The notes: generated by a model not told the origin, from the sequence alone. A DNA stretch of 64,000 nt from the human T2T-CHM13v2.0 reference genome, Homo sapiens (GCF_009914755.1 NC_060930.1); one strand, 5' to 3'. Counted from the first letter of the stretch, positions 18,567 to 33,730 are shown. Made by a program: numbers and translations.

Positions 18567-19777
18567 GACTTCTTATTGTTAAATTTTAACAGTTGTTTGC
18601 GTATTTTGAATAATAGTTTTTTTTTTATCAGATGTGTCTTTTACAAATATTTTCTCCCAATTTGTAACTTGTTTCATTCTCTTGACATTGTCTTTCACAG
18701 AGCAGAAATTTTTAATTTTACTGAATCCTGGCTTATCAATTATTTTTTTCATGGATGTGCCTCTGATGTTATACCTAATAATAATCACCATACCCAGGGT
18801 CATCTAGGCTTCAAACTTGTAGAAGTTTGACAGTTTTGTGTTTTACATGTAGGTCTATAATTCATTTTGAGTTATGTATTGTAAAGTATGTGCGACGTGT
18901 CTAAATTTTTTTTTTTTGCATGTAGACATCCAATTGAATTGCTTTACCTTCTCTGTCAAAAATCAGCTGACTACATTTCTGTGAATCTATTTCTTGATTC
19001 TTTCTTCTGTTCTATTGGTCTATTTGTTTTGTCACCAATACCACACTATTTTGGTTACTATAGCTATATAGTAAATCTTGAAGTCAGATAGTGTCAGTCC
19101 TTTGTTCTTCCCCTTCAATACTGTGTTGGCTATTCTGGGTCTTTTGCTTCTCTGGAATATGGTAATAATCTGTAATAATCATCCCCAGGTAGCCTACATA
19201 ATAGTGTGGAGATAGAGAATTAAACATGTTCTGTCTCATTTCATTACAGCTAACTTCAGTGTTAAGAAATGACTAGATATTTTTCTGCTTTGCTGATGGA
19301 GGCAGCAGAGCTAAGAAATAAAGGAAAAATGATAATAACACCATGATTTTTCCTAAATAAAGTATTTTTCTTATGTTGATCAAGTTTGACTTTAACATTC
19401 CTTAATTCAGAAACTCTGTCTAGTTATTTAAGTTGTAACTGCTTGGAATGCAGTCTCAACAGTTATCACATGATGATGTATTGTTCATAAGCAGGACTTT
19501 TGACTCATCACAGATACTATGCTAGCTGTAGGATTTTTGTAGATATTCTTTATCAAGTTGAGGAAGTTCTCCACTATTCCTAGGTTACTGGGAGTTTTTA
19601 TAAATGGGTGTTGAATTTTTTCAAGTGCTTTTTTTTTGCATCTATTGAAATAGTCATGTGATTGTTTTAGGGTGTTGATGTGATTAATTTCATTAGTATT
19701 TGAATTTTGAACCAGCCTTATAAGTCTGAGACAATACTACTTTGGATCTATGTTAATGAGAGATTTTGGTCTGTAGC

Positions 19778-20132
19778 TTTTTTACTTTTTAAAAGTTTTT
19801 GTTGGTATATAATAGTTGGACATATATTGGGGGTACATGTGATATTTTAATACATATATGCAATGTGTATTGCTCAAATCAAGGTAATTTAAATAGTCAT
19901 CACCTCAACATTTATCTTTTCCTGGTGTTGAGAATGTTACAACTCTTCTTTTCTAGCTGTTTTGAAATATATAATAATTATTAACTGTATTTCTGTACCA
20001 TACTGTAGAATACTAGAACTTATTTTCTATCTAACTCTTATCTTTGTACACCTTAACATATTCCTCTTTATTATCTCTACTTCCCTTCCCAGCCTCTGGA
20101 AACTACCATTGTATTATCTACCTTCATGAGAT
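19778..20132 (-). mobile_element. L1MA (MA4-7-like) 3' UTR fragment nested in L1MC
   Basis: gggggtacatgtgatattttaatacat...cccttcccagcctctggaaactacc. Confidence 0.8.
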
Positions 20133-20652
20133 ATTTTCTTGTGATGTCTTTTCTGATTTGGGTATAATGGGAATACTGTCCTCATGGAATGCATTAAGAA
20201 GTAGTCTCTGCTTCTGTCTTCTGAAAGACATTGTAAAAATTGGTGTAATTTCTGCTTTAAAGATTTGTTAAAATTCATCAGTAAGCCCACCTGTCTTCTT
20301 TTTTCTATTTTTTAGTATTATTAAATATTTATTCAATTTCTGTAATAGGTATGGGACTATTTAGATTTTCCACTTCATGTTCTGCATATACAAGTCAAAA
20401 ATTAATTTTAAAAAATAAATTGCCTGTTTCTTTCTGTGTGCCTGTGTGAGTTTTGGCAGATTGTATCTTTCAATGAATTGGTGGATTTCTTAGAGCTTAT
20501 CAAATTTGGGAGCATAAAACTGTGATAGTTTTTTTTTATTATCATCGTAATGTCCATACAATCTGCAGTGAAGTCCCCTAACTACCCTCTTTTATTTCTG
20601 TTATTAGTAATTTGTAATTTCTATCTTTATTTTATTTTATTTTATTTTTTAG

Positions 20653-20979
<327 letters not shown>

Positions 20980-21239
20980 TAAAAAACATAATCCACCATC
21001 CTTGTTAGTGAAATGTCATTACCCAAACCCTTTTTTTTCTCTATTAAAGGTCTTGCTTTGGGGGAAAAAAAAATCTGGTCTATAATGACAGAACACATAT
21101 GCGAATTTAATTTTTTTAAGCTGAATCAAGGTGTCATTTCATTACCGTGAGACTGTCTTCCTTCTATAATTTAGGAATTTAGTTTTTTTTAACCTAGGAA
21201 ATATAAAATTGGTTTTCTGTCAATGTTTGAATTTAGTCA

Positions 21240-21375
21240 ATGATGCATTCATTCATTTACTTAATCATAAGTAATAATGAAGCACATTGTAGTATGCACT
21301 GTGCTGATTTCTGGAATATAGTAACAAATACACAATTCTCACACAACCTGCGTAATAGTGGGGAGATAGAGAATT
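21240..21375 (-). mobile_element. L2 3' tail fragment
   Basis: cattcattcattt...gcactgtgctg...tagtggggagataga. Confidence 0.65.
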
Positions 21376-21578
21376 AAACATGGTCTATCTCATTTCATTA
21401 AAGGTAACTTCAGATTTATGAAAAAAGACTTGCTATTGTTCTACTTTGAAGATGGAGCAGCAGAGCTAAGAAATAAAGGAAAACTAATAACAATACCACG
21501 ATTTTTTCTAAATGAAGAATTGCTTTTCCATTAATCAAGTTTCATTTTATTAATTCCTTAATTCAGAATCTAAATTTA

Positions 21579-21870
21579 GGCTGGGCACACTGGCTCACAC
21601 TTATAATCTCAGCACTTTGGGAGGCTGAGTTCGATCACTTGAGGCCAGAAGTTTGAGACCACCCTGTGCAACAAAGCAAGATCCCGACTCTATATATAAA
21701 AATATAATTTTAAAAAGTAGGTAGGTGTAGTGGCATGTACCTGTAGTCATAGCTATGCAGAGATAGGAAGAGTGCTTGAACCAAGGAGTTGGAGGCTCCA
21801 GTGAGCTATGACCATGCTGCTGTACTCCAGCTTGGACAACCAACTGTAATCCTGTCAAAAGAAAGAAAGA
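21579..21870 (+). mobile_element. AluJ
   Basis: gatcacttgaggccagaagtttgagacc and gtgagctatgacc J motifs; (GAAA)n tail. Confidence 0.9.
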
Positions 21871-22649
21871 ATTTTTATGTCAAACCTGTTGCTCAAAAGT
21901 TGACATTTTTTTTTAAACTATACATAAAGTGGGTCTCTACTACTTTTTTTGTAAAGTCTACCATGATGATAAAATCAGTGAGCTTCCGATATTTTCATGT
22001 GTTGTAAGTGGGAAAAATAATCTGTGTAGATACATCTTGCTTTTGAAGAGTCAGAAAGATATTGTTAGGCAGTCAAAGCAGATAATTACCTCACTTGAAA
22101 GTTCGCAAGGCTTTCCCTAGAAGTAGCTATAATTTGCCAACAGCCACTGCTTCCAGTCCTCCTTTTCAACCTCATTCTCATACAACCTTAGCTATCTAGA
22201 TGAATATTTTTCAATGACTTCATTTCAACTTCTTAGAACTTTCTGGGACCTAGATAATTACATACTATCTACTGCAGATATAAATATATGTAAACCTCCA
22301 GATATAAACCACTGAAGTCCAATGTGGATGAGACCTCTTCTTCCTCATCACAGCAAACAGAGTGATATTCTCAACAGCTAATGCTGAATGTATTAATCAG
22401 CATTACCTCCAGTGGGGCATTCCCATTTAATTTGTAATAAAATCTAAGTTCTGAAAATAAAAGACTCTGCAGGCTGAATCAATCTAGAGATCCAGACACA
22501 CAAATCCATGCTTTCCCCAGATCATTTCTAAACAACTCATGTTGAGAATCTCTGAAAACCTAGGAAATGTAAAACCAAGAAGACTGAGTTTAGAAATTTA
22601 TTTCAAACTTTGACTAGTAGTAATATCTTGAATATACTTGAATAATGAA

Positions 22650-22785
22650 ATTAAGAGTGGAATGTGAGCCAATACATTTGAGTTCTAGACCTGGAAAGAG
22701 CACTAATTTATTATCTGTGTGAGATTAGGCAGTTTATTTTATTTTTCTGCACCTAAATGTGTTCCTCTGTAAAATGAAGGTTTGC
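22650..22785 (+). mobile_element. MIR core
   Basis: tgagttctagacctgg...ctgtgtgagattaggcagttt...cctctgtaaaatgaagg. Confidence 0.6.
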
Positions 22786-24416
22786 CTCTGGAGTACTTTC
22801 TTTCTCCATCATGCAAGAGCATCAGTATGGAGAACAATCCTTCAGAACTAAGGTATTCACAGTAGGAGTTCCTTAGGGTGTCTATGAGTTATGATACTTT
22901 AGCAACTGAAAAAACATTGGTACAGTAAAAGCATCAAATTTAAGGAACTGCTTATATACTGCAAGCAGTGTTAGAGAAAGAATAATAAGTTGTAAAAACA
23001 CATAAACAATGCCTCTTCTGTATGATCTAATGCAATGACTTGGCTTGAACAAAACCAAATTTCTTCACCTCCCATGAGAATTTCTGACATTACTTATATA
23101 CATGAATAGAAATTTCTCATCTTTATACATGTGAGATAACTTTTTTCAAGTTTCAAGAAATATACATGTGGGCTAGTATGCCAGGGATCCTTATATCTAT
23201 CATACTATGTTGGCATTCAAAAACATAGAAAAGCTGGAAATATCAAAGGGAATAGGCAAACTGCAAAATCACATTTATAATTTTGGATTAGAAGAATAAA
23301 GTATAGTTTCTGGGATCATTTAGCCTGACTCCATAAGAGTCTTCATTATACTCCTATCCTAAAATGAATGATTATGATTAATTAAGAAATATTGAGTTTG
23401 GACATCATTTTTTCATCACCCACTGAGAATTACAGTACTAAGACATCACCACTAAAGGGTTCATAACTATTAGGAGTAGTAACATTCTAAACAGTATTAT
23501 CAGGTTATAGAAGAAATTTCTATATATGGAAGGAATTGGAAGTCATCTTCCAATGCTAAGAGATTATTATTATAACTGGAAAAGTGAAGTTTTCTTATCT
23601 GATAAAACAGCTTTACACATTAGAAAGCAGGCTGAGGAAAAGAAATGCATGTGTGGAAGAATATTTTGAATAATGAAACATAGAAATAGAGGGTAAGCTA
23701 CAGGAGAAGATGGAATAGAGAAAAATAGTCATCCTTTCTAAGCAAATGTTGATAAATGTATAAGACAATGAAACAATCTGAAATTGGCATGCAACATGAA
23801 GCTGTATTCCAAGCATGAACTCATACTTCAAAAACGTGTTAATAATGTATTAGCCATTTAAATAAAGGAATTTCTCCCCCTTACTTCTCCGTTCCCCCAA
23901 AAAGAGTCCTCGTTTGAACACAAAGAATTACTTGTAGTTGCTTGTTTACTTTTTTCACCATGTTGAGATTTTCCAAGGTCAGCATTACCTTACCTGCTTT
24001 TGATCAATGACTGTAATTGTGAATCTATGCACATAGACAGTGCTCAATAAATAGTTGATGATAATGATAATTTTCACTGCTTCTGTTACAACCTAGATTT
24101 ATTCTCTTTCTTTTTCTATGAGAAGATAAAAATGAGTTCAATATCTCAAGCTGCTTAGAGACCACATTAAATTCCAACTATTCTTCCCATATTCTGTATT
24201 TTACTACATGGCCAATTTGTAAAATAGGTTTCTTTCTTACACTATTTTATTAACTTTAATTCACTTTTCAATTTTTCTGTCTCCTCTATTGTCTGGCTTA
24301 AAAATAAATGATTCTTTTAACTCTTTTTATTTCACTAGTCTTTAAATTTTACATACTTGTGTATGAAGAATACAGTGACAGGATTAATACTACAATTACT
24401 CTGCTTAGAGGGGATT

Positions 24417-24451
24417 GGTGTGTGTGTGTGTAGGTGTGTGTGTGTGTGTGT
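24417..24451. repeat. (TG)n microsatellite, interrupted
   Basis: Directly visible. Confidence 0.9.
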
Positions 24452-25999
24452 TGCATATTCTCAAATAGATATAGCTCTCTTATTTATATAATTTGACATA
24501 TTAAAAGATAATCAAATGCAAGGTTATAGCCTAATTGGTTTGGAAAGTCAAAGAAAAGAAAATAGTTATGGTACTTTCACAGAGGTTGCATATTCAGAGA
24601 TGATTACAATTCTGTTTTGCTCTTCCCAGCAATAGCAAAAAGAAAGAAAGCACATGATTCTATGTCAATTGTTACAGTAGGAATTTGCAGTTTAAGAACT
24701 ACCTAGCGGAAACAAGAATAATTTAATGTGAAAAGCTGCAGAATATAAATATTTCATATAAACCAGTTATGAAGTTGCATTATGCTGATTCTATAAAACC
24801 ATGCTTGAGAAAGGTTCTACAGAGAGAAACTTACACTTTCAGTCATTCAATATCTTTATAGAATTCTGCCACTGTTGAGTGGCTGCCACCTCTTAAATTT
24901 TCGTATGTAAATTCTTTGCTGAGTGCCTTGAAAGCTCTGTTACTTACTACCTTTAATGCATTCTTAAAAGGCAAGTGGTACACAGGGGACGAACTGTGAC
25001 CTTTTGGTAAGAGGATGACATCTCTTTGTAATATGTTCTTATACCCAGCTGACTTAAAATATGTCATTATAAAAGGGATTTGGCGGTTGTTAAAATTTTG
25101 TTAACATATTCATAAAAATAATGGTGAATTATTATTCCATTTACCCATTAAAAAAAGGTTATTCAATTCCCATTTGGTGCTCAGATTTCATGTAATATTG
25201 GATAACTTGTATACCTGACAAAACCCAGGAAAGTAAGTATAGTATGCTAGTGTTTTATTGAACAAGCAAAATTTATTTTATATACTTCAATGTTTTATGT
25301 ATTAGTTTGAGAGTTTAGAATTTGAAGAATCCCTTTAGTTATTCCATTTTATATATCAAGAATAAATGGCTTAAATTTAATGTTTGTGCATGTGTTGTGT
25401 TTGTGTGTGTGTTTTGTAACACTGGTTCTGTACTGTTTAGATTCTATGAACATTTATGTTAGAGTTAAAACTTTTCCTGTTTTAATTCTTATTTTAGTAG
25501 CATACCAACATAGCTCTAGTGAATCAAGATTAAATACTATCAGGGGAGAAAACTAGATAACAGGGGTAGAATAAATTCACTGTTGGTTACCACTGGTAAG
25601 CAATGGAATATAGTCACAACTCTAAAGTTTGATAGCCCAATACTAAAAATTACACCCTAAAAGAACACATTAAAAAAAAAAAACAGCTTATTCCTGGAAT
25701 GTGTATAGTGAAAGAGTATTTTGTTTTTATATAACTTTAAAAATATTTTTATTACAAAAACAAAATGTGTTTCAGAGAAATTACAGAAACAAGCAAAAGA
25801 AAAAGAAGAACAAATAAAAATTTGAATTGTTACCTACAATCATTGTTAAAACCATGTGTGCGTTCAAATTTTGTGTGTGAATTATGCCATATCCATTTTT
25901 AAAATATATTTGAGAACATGTCCATGCTTATAGAAATATTTGTGCCACAGAACTTTCTGATATTTAATTGTCTAATACACTACACAGTTTTTCATATCT

Positions 26000-27055
26000 A
26001 CTTGTTTGGTTATAATTTCTCATGTACAGAAAAGTTGCAAGACTAGTACAGGAATTCCCATATGCAGTTTACCTGTATTTACTATTGTTCACATTTTAAT
26101 CTCTTTCCTCTCTGTCTTTCTCTCTCTTTCCTTTTCCTCACTTTCTTGTCTTATATACAAGTTCCTGCATGTGTGTGCACAGGTGCACACACGCACAAAT
26201 TATTTTACTTTGCTGAACTATTCGAGAATAAGTTGGAGAAACAATGTCTCTTTATCCCGAAATACTTCAGCATCTAGTTCCTAAGAATAAAGACATTCAC
26301 TTTTATAAATAAAGTGAAGTTTTGAAAATTAAAAAAATTATCAGTGGTGCAAAATTGTTGTCTGAATCATAATCAGTATTTAATTGATTATTCCAACAAT
26401 TTCTGTTATAACAATCTTTTCTTGAACCAGGATGAAAACCTGGACCAACTCATGATTTCGTTCTCATGGCCCTTTAGTGTTCTTTATTCTAGAATACGTT
26501 CTCAACATTTCCTTGTTTCTTGTCATTGACATTTTTGAGAGTTAGGAAAAGATAGTTTGTAGAATGCCCCTTTATCTGAATTTGCATGTTTCCCTGTGAT
26601 TAAATTTAGATTATACGTTGTGGTCAGGAATAAAATAGAAGTGATCTGTATTTCTACATACATCTTATAAGGAGGCATATGTTGTTATTTTGTTCTAATA
26701 TTGGTGATTTTTACATTTAATGATTTTTGTGTTATTCTTCAGGTTTCTTCACCATTAAGTTATTACTTTTCTTCTGTAATTAATAATTAATTTAGGAATA
26801 GATTATATAATATCATATTCTTCATAAAAAATCTCACCCATGTGTTTTAGCATCTATACTTTCTGTTATTATTAGTTGACATATTTAAGGCAGTTTTTCT
26901 ATCTCCCCACTTACTTATTTGAATCTATATGGCTCATGGGTATTGTTTTCAATGGGTTTTGTTATTATAATTATTTTTGATGTTATTATTGTCCTGGATT
27001 TGACAAATAGAAGTCCCTTCAAGATAGTTCCTGTGTCTATTTGATATGGCCCCAT
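26000..27055 (-). mobile_element. Old L1 (L1MC4/5-like) 3' UTR
   Basis: tacagaaaagttgcaagactagtacagg; aaatacttcagc...ttcctaagaataaagacattc. Confidence 0.7.
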
Positions 27056-27484
27056 GATTTTTTAATTGACATTTTAATTGAAATAATTCTAGACTCACAT
27101 AAACTTTTAAGAAATAATACAAAAAGATTACATGTGTCCTTTATTCAGTTTTACCCAGTGGTAACAACTTGCAAAGCTATGGTATACTATCACAACCAAG
27201 TTATTTACATTGATATAACCCACCAATTTTATACAGATTTCCTCAGTTTTATTTGTACCTGTTTGTTTGTATATTTACATCTACACAATTATGTCACCTG
27301 TATACACTAGTGTACCCAATGCCACAATAAAGATACTGAAAATCCCAACACCACAAGGACCTTGGAGTTCTTTTTTAATTACTGCCACTTTTTCCTTCCT
27401 ACTTGGTCCCTAGCCTCTGGTCACCACTAAATAATCTGTTCTCCATTTCTTTCTTTCTCTTTTTTTTTCATTTCAAAACTGTTA

Positions 27485-27797
27485 GGCTGGACGCAGTGGC
27501 TCACACCTATAATCCCAGCACTTTGGGAGGCCGAGGCAGGCGGATCACGAGGTCAAGAGATCGAGACCGTCCTGACTAACATGGTGAAACGCCGTCTCTA
27601 CTAAAAATACAAATATTGGCTGGGCGTGGTGGCGCACACCTGTTGTCCCAGCTATTTGGGAAGCTGAGGCAGGAGAATCGCTTGAACCTGGGAGGCAGAA
27701 GTTTCAGTGAGCCAAGATCACTCCACTGCACTCCAGCCTGGTGACAGAGTGAGACTCTGTCTCAAAACAAAACAAAACAAACAAAACAAACAAAACA
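27485..27797 (+). mobile_element. AluSc
   Basis: gatcacgaggtcaagagatc and cctgg-tgacagag Sc features; TSD aaaactgtta. Confidence 0.92.
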
Positions 27798-29325
27798 AAA
27801 ACTGTTACATAAATGGAATCATACAGTATGTAAAATTGTGGAATTTTTTTTCAATTAAGCATACTTCCTTGGGACTTTATTCAAATTGTTGCCTATATCA
27901 TTACTACATTCCTTTATGTTGCTGAGTTTTATATATATATATATATCTCAGATTTTAAACCATTCATCTCTTTGTTTGTTTTTTAAAAGAACATCTGGAC
28001 TCCTTCCAACTGCTGTGAACATGCCTACACAGGTTTTTATGTGAACATCAGTTTCATTTCTCTGAGATGAATACCCAGGATTGCAAATGCTAGATTGAAT
28101 GGTAATTGCATGTCTAGTTTTACAAGAAAGTGCCAAACGGATTTCCAAATAAAATGTAAAATGCTGTACCATTTTACATTCCCATTAGCAATCCAAGGGT
28201 GATTCACGTTCTCTGCATCTTTGCCACAATTTGGTGTCATTACTATTTTTTATTTTAACCATTCTAAAAAGTGTGTAGTGATGTCTCGCTTTGGTTTTAA
28301 TTTGCATTTCCCTGATGGCTAATGATGTTGAACATCTCTTCATGTGCATATGTGCCATCTGTTTATCCTCTTGGTTTAAACGTCTGTTCATGACTTTCGT
28401 TTAAATGTCTGTTCATGTCTTTTGTTCATTTGTATAGGTTGCTTTGCTACTGTTGAGTTTTGAAAGTTCTTTGTATATTCTTGACCCTAGTTTTTGGTCA
28501 AATATGTGTTTTATAAATATTTTGTCCAAGTCTATGGCTTGTCTTTTCATCTTTTTTGCATTGGCCTTTACAAAGCTAATTTTTCACTTTTGATGGGTTT
28601 TGATTGGTTAATGTTTATTTTTATAGATAATGTGTTTGGTTTCAAGTCAGATTCTTTGCCTAGACCCCAAATATTTTTCCATATTATTATTCTAAAAACT
28701 TTATATTTTTTATATCAATAATCCAATTTGAGTTAAATTTTATTTAAGTATAAGATTTGTGACAATTTTCATTTTTTTGGACTATGGAAACTCAGTTATT
28801 CCAGTACCATTTGTTGAAAAGGTTATATATTCTCTATTGAATTGTTTTTGCATCTTCATAGAAAAAAAAGCAATTGAGGATATTTGTGAGGGTCCATTTC
28901 TGGACACTCTATTTTGTCCAATTCATCAAAATGTCTCTCCACCAATATCCCATTACACTGTCTTGATTACTGTACTTATGTAGTAATCTATAATATTGCA
29001 TAGAGTAATTCTTCCTATTTTATTATTTTTTTGTACAGAATTTGTAAGGTATTCTAGGTTCCATGCTATTTAATATAAATTTTAGCGTGTGTGTCTCTGT
29101 TTTCAAAAATGCAAATTCTTGCTAAGATTTTGATAGAAAATGCATACAATCTATGAATCAATTTGGAGGGAATTTACATTTTTACTATGTTGATTCTCCC
29201 AATTCATGAACATATATCTTTCCACTTATTTAGGCCTTTGATTTTTCATAAGCAATTGTTAATTCTCAACATAGAAATTCTGTAGATATGTTTTTATCAA
29301 TGAATAACCTAAAAATGTATTTTCT

Positions 29326-29607
<282 letters not shown>

Positions 29608-32379
29608 AAAAATGTATTTTCTTGGATAAATGAAAAGTTAAGTAGTATTGTGTTTTTAATTTTGGTTTCTTCATGTTTTTCATTGGTATATAGAAATGTA
29701 AATAACGTTTATTTTTTTATTTTTATTCTACATTTCTGAACTTATTTGTTAGTTCTAGAAGTACTTTTGCAGATTCCTTGGAATTTCTTAATTAGGCAAT
29801 CATACCACCTGCAATAGGGGCCATTTTATTGCTTCCTTTCCAAAGTACCATTTAATTTTTTTTCTTTCCTATTTCAATGACTAGAACTTCCAGCACTATG
29901 TTAATTAAGAGTAGTGAGTGTACCTGTCCTTTACCTTGTTCCCTATATTAGGGGAAAAGTGTCCAATAACTCACTGTTAAGTATGGTGTTAGCTGTATGG
30001 TTTTTTGTAGATGCTCTTTATAAAAATTGAGGATGTTTCCCTCTGTTCTAAGTTTCCTAAGTGCTTTTATTATGCATGAGTGTCAAATATTGTCAAATGC
30101 TTTTCTTGCTTTTCTTTACATTACTATATATGATCATACAATTATTCTTTATTGATGTGATGAAATTACATTGATTGATTTTCTAATATTGCACTGGGCT
30201 TGTACAAATGGAATAATTCCAATTGATCCTGGTACATAATTATCTTTGTATGTTGTTGGGTTCTATTTACCAATATTTTGTTGAGGATTTTACCTCCTTT
30301 TTCACATGAGATATTGATCTATAGTTTTCTTATTTTGCGTTATCTTTGTTTTGGTATCAAGGTAATGAACTCTATTTTCTGAAGAGATAGTATAAAATTG
30401 GTGTTACATCTTTCTTGATGTTTGATAGACTTCTCCACTGAAACCAACTGGGGCTGAGTATTTCTATACAGGGAGTTTTTAATTTCTAAATTCAATTTCT
30501 TCCATGATTACAGGACACTTCAGATTGTTTATTTCATCTTCAGTGAGTTTTGGTAGTTTTAACTTCTCACAGAGTTGGTCTGTTCCTTATAATTTTTTGA
30601 ATTCACAGTGCAAAGTTGTTAATAGTATTTATTTAATATTTTTAATAGCTATAGTATCTTAAGTGATATATCTTATTTCATTATTGATATTGGTGATTTG
30701 TATCTTCTTTTTGCTTATGTCAGTCTTGCTAGATTCTTATCAATTGCATTGATTTTTTTGAAGAATCATCTTTTTTCACTTGTATTTTCTCTTGCTGTTT
30801 TGAATCTCAAGGATTTTTGTATTATTATTTCTTTCTCTAGCTAGCTTTGGGTATTTTTTTCTCTCTTTTTTTTAGTTTCTTTAGGACAGATTTAGATTAT
30901 TGATTTATGTTTTTTCAATCTTTTCTACTGTAAACATTTAGTGTTATAAATATACCCCCAGCACTGCTTTACCTTCATCTCATATATTTTGATATATAGC
31001 AACTGGCTTTTCTTGTAGTTCTACATATAGCTAATTTTCTTTTAAGACCCATCATTTATTTAGAACCATGTAGTTTAGTATCTTACATATTTAGGTTTTG
31101 TCTTATTTGATTTTTAATTTGATTCTACATTGCCAGAGAATACACTCTGTAAGTTTTCAAATTTTAAATGTATTAAAGTTTTATGGCTGAGGATATTGTC
31201 TCTCTTAGAGAATATTCCATGGGTGTGTCATAAGAATATGCATTTGGTTGTTATTATTTGGAATGTTCTATAAATGTCACACAGATTCTATTGGCTGATT
31301 CAGTTATTGTATATCTTTGCTGATTTTTTTGCCCAGTAGTTCTATCGGTTGCTGAAAAGAGGATGTTTAAGGTTTCCAGCTATCATGAGTGATTTGTTAT
31401 CACTTATTTCAGTGATAACAATTTTGCTGCATACAATTTTAAGGCCCTAATATGTGAAGTGTACACGTTTAAGGTCATTACATCTTCCTGGTAGACTGAT
31501 CTTTGATCTTTTAGTCATTATATAGTCTTTTTTTGTCTCACAATTTTCTTTGCTCTGAAGTCTACCTTATCAGATGTTAATAGAACTACTCCTACTTTTT
31601 TCATTAATGTTGAATAATATATTTTCCCATCCTTTTACTGTCAACCTACTTATCTTGTTAATTTTAAAGTGAAAATAGAGCTTCTTGTTAAAAGCTTGTG
31701 GTTGAATAGTTGGGGCATTAATTTTAAAAAAAAATCTGCTTTGCCAGTCTCTTTAGATTCATGTATTTAAACCACTTAACATTTAAGAAGAGTATTGATA
31801 TGTTACAACTTATTATACCATTTTATTATTTGTTTTCTGCTTATTTTCTCTGGTACTCATTTCTCTGTTTCTCTTTTTTTTATCTTCCTGTGGGTTACTT
31901 GAACATTTTTTAGAGTTTTACCTTATAGATAGTACTTTTAAGTGTATTATTTTGTATGTTTTTCACAGTGTTTGCTCTGGGATATAAGGATATATGTGTA
32001 TAATCTTATGATACCCTCCAGATATCAACATTTTGCCTCTTTGAGTGCATTGTGGAAACAGTTCTATTAATATCCCCTTACCTTCCCTACTATTAATATT
32101 AAATATCATTGCCTTGATATCAAATGGCACACTAATTTGTGATTCAATTACCAAATATAATTTCTAAAACCCATGAGATGAATAATCAGTTGTATGAACC
32201 TGTATTTTCACTTTTCTTTCTTCTTTCTTATTTCCCAAATATTTTTTCTGCTATAGTTTTCTTTATGTCTGAAGAACTTCCTTTAGTAAATATTTAACGA
32301 TTTGTTTGTGAGTGGCAAATTATTTTAGTTTTTCTTCATCTAAGAATATCTTTATTTCTCCTTCATTTCTGAAGGGAGA

Positions 32380-32855
32380 AATCATAGTTATTTATAATCA
32401 CCAGAAACATAAATGATATTGTTCAATAGATAAACAAATGGGGTACATCCATCCAATGGAATACTTAACTTAGCAACAGAAAAGAATTAGCAATCACACC
32501 AAGCAAAGACATGAATGATTGATTAACATATATTACTAGGTGAAGGAAATTGCTCTGAGATGCCTACAATAGATGACCATTTATGTGATATTCTGGAAAA
32601 GGTAAAACTGCAAAAATGGAAAACAGACCACGACCTGTCAAAATTTGGGGGATGGGGATTGAATAGGTAAAGACCAGGATATTTTTATAGAAGGAAACCT
32701 ACAAACTATGATTTTTTAATAAATGTATTATACCATATAAATATAAAGTTTTTAATAATCAGGGATACTGAGTGTAAAGTACATGGAAAATGTCTGTATT
32801 ATCTTCAATTTTTTTTCTGCAAATTTAAAGCTTTTCTAAAACAAATTTATTATTT
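32380..32855 (+). mobile_element. Old L1 (L1MC-like) 3' end fragment
   Basis: ggtacatccatccaatggaatac; gatattctggaaaaggtaaaact; tttttctgcaaatttaaagc. Confidence 0.7.
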
Positions 32856-33384
32856 AAAATGGGAGACGTCAAGAAAACTAAAAATCTCACCTGCTAGAAA
32901 CAAACTTCTCTGTTTAGTTAAGGCAAATCTGACTCTACTCTGCATTACCCAGACAATATGACTCCAGTCTTCTAGTAATAGCATTTAGAATCATAAGACA
33001 GTGTAAAATATAATACAATAAAGGTAGGCTCACATTTAGTCTAGTTAGCTTCTCTGCAAAACATGCAGATATGAAATGAAGACAAGAGGATTTAAACACA
33101 TATAAAAGTTTCAACATAGTCTGCATGCTCAGGAAAGCCCTAGAATATCTGATATGTTGCTTAAACTGCTGTGATCCAACAAGTCTAAGTAATATATTAC
33201 AGAATTCAATATCTGTTTTCCTTGCCAATGTCTTCCAAAGACATTGCTGCTTGGAAGAAAGCATGGATCATGAAAAATGTTGAGTAACTTAATAACCTGC
33301 TACTTTGATAGCTCTCTCTGTCTTACTCATCTAGAATTTTGGACCCATCCAGATAACAGAGTTGGCATGAGATTGACTGAAATG

Positions 33385-33730
33385 TTATGACAGAAGTTAA
33401 ATGTGTTTTAAGGATTTTGACAGTTATTCCAAATTAAACTTAAAGTTTGTACCAAACTATACCCTCACTCATCTGGCATGAAATGCCCATTTCTGAATAG
33501 CTTTATCAATAAATGTTATCTGTTTTAAAATCTGTACTGACTTATTCAAGTTAAAATATTATGTGACATGTTTCACTTGCATATATTCAATTATTACTGA
33601 GATTGAATATTTTCCATATTTTATTTGTGTTACATATTTATTTTTTCATGAATTCCTATTCATGTCTTTTGGCATTTTTCTATATGTTTATTTTTTTCTT
33701 ATTGATTTGTTAGAGTTCTTCATATATATA
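33385..33730 (-). mobile_element. L1ME-like fragment
   Basis: gattgaatatttttccatat...tgaattcctattcatgtctttt...cttattgatttgttagagttctt. Confidence 0.6.
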
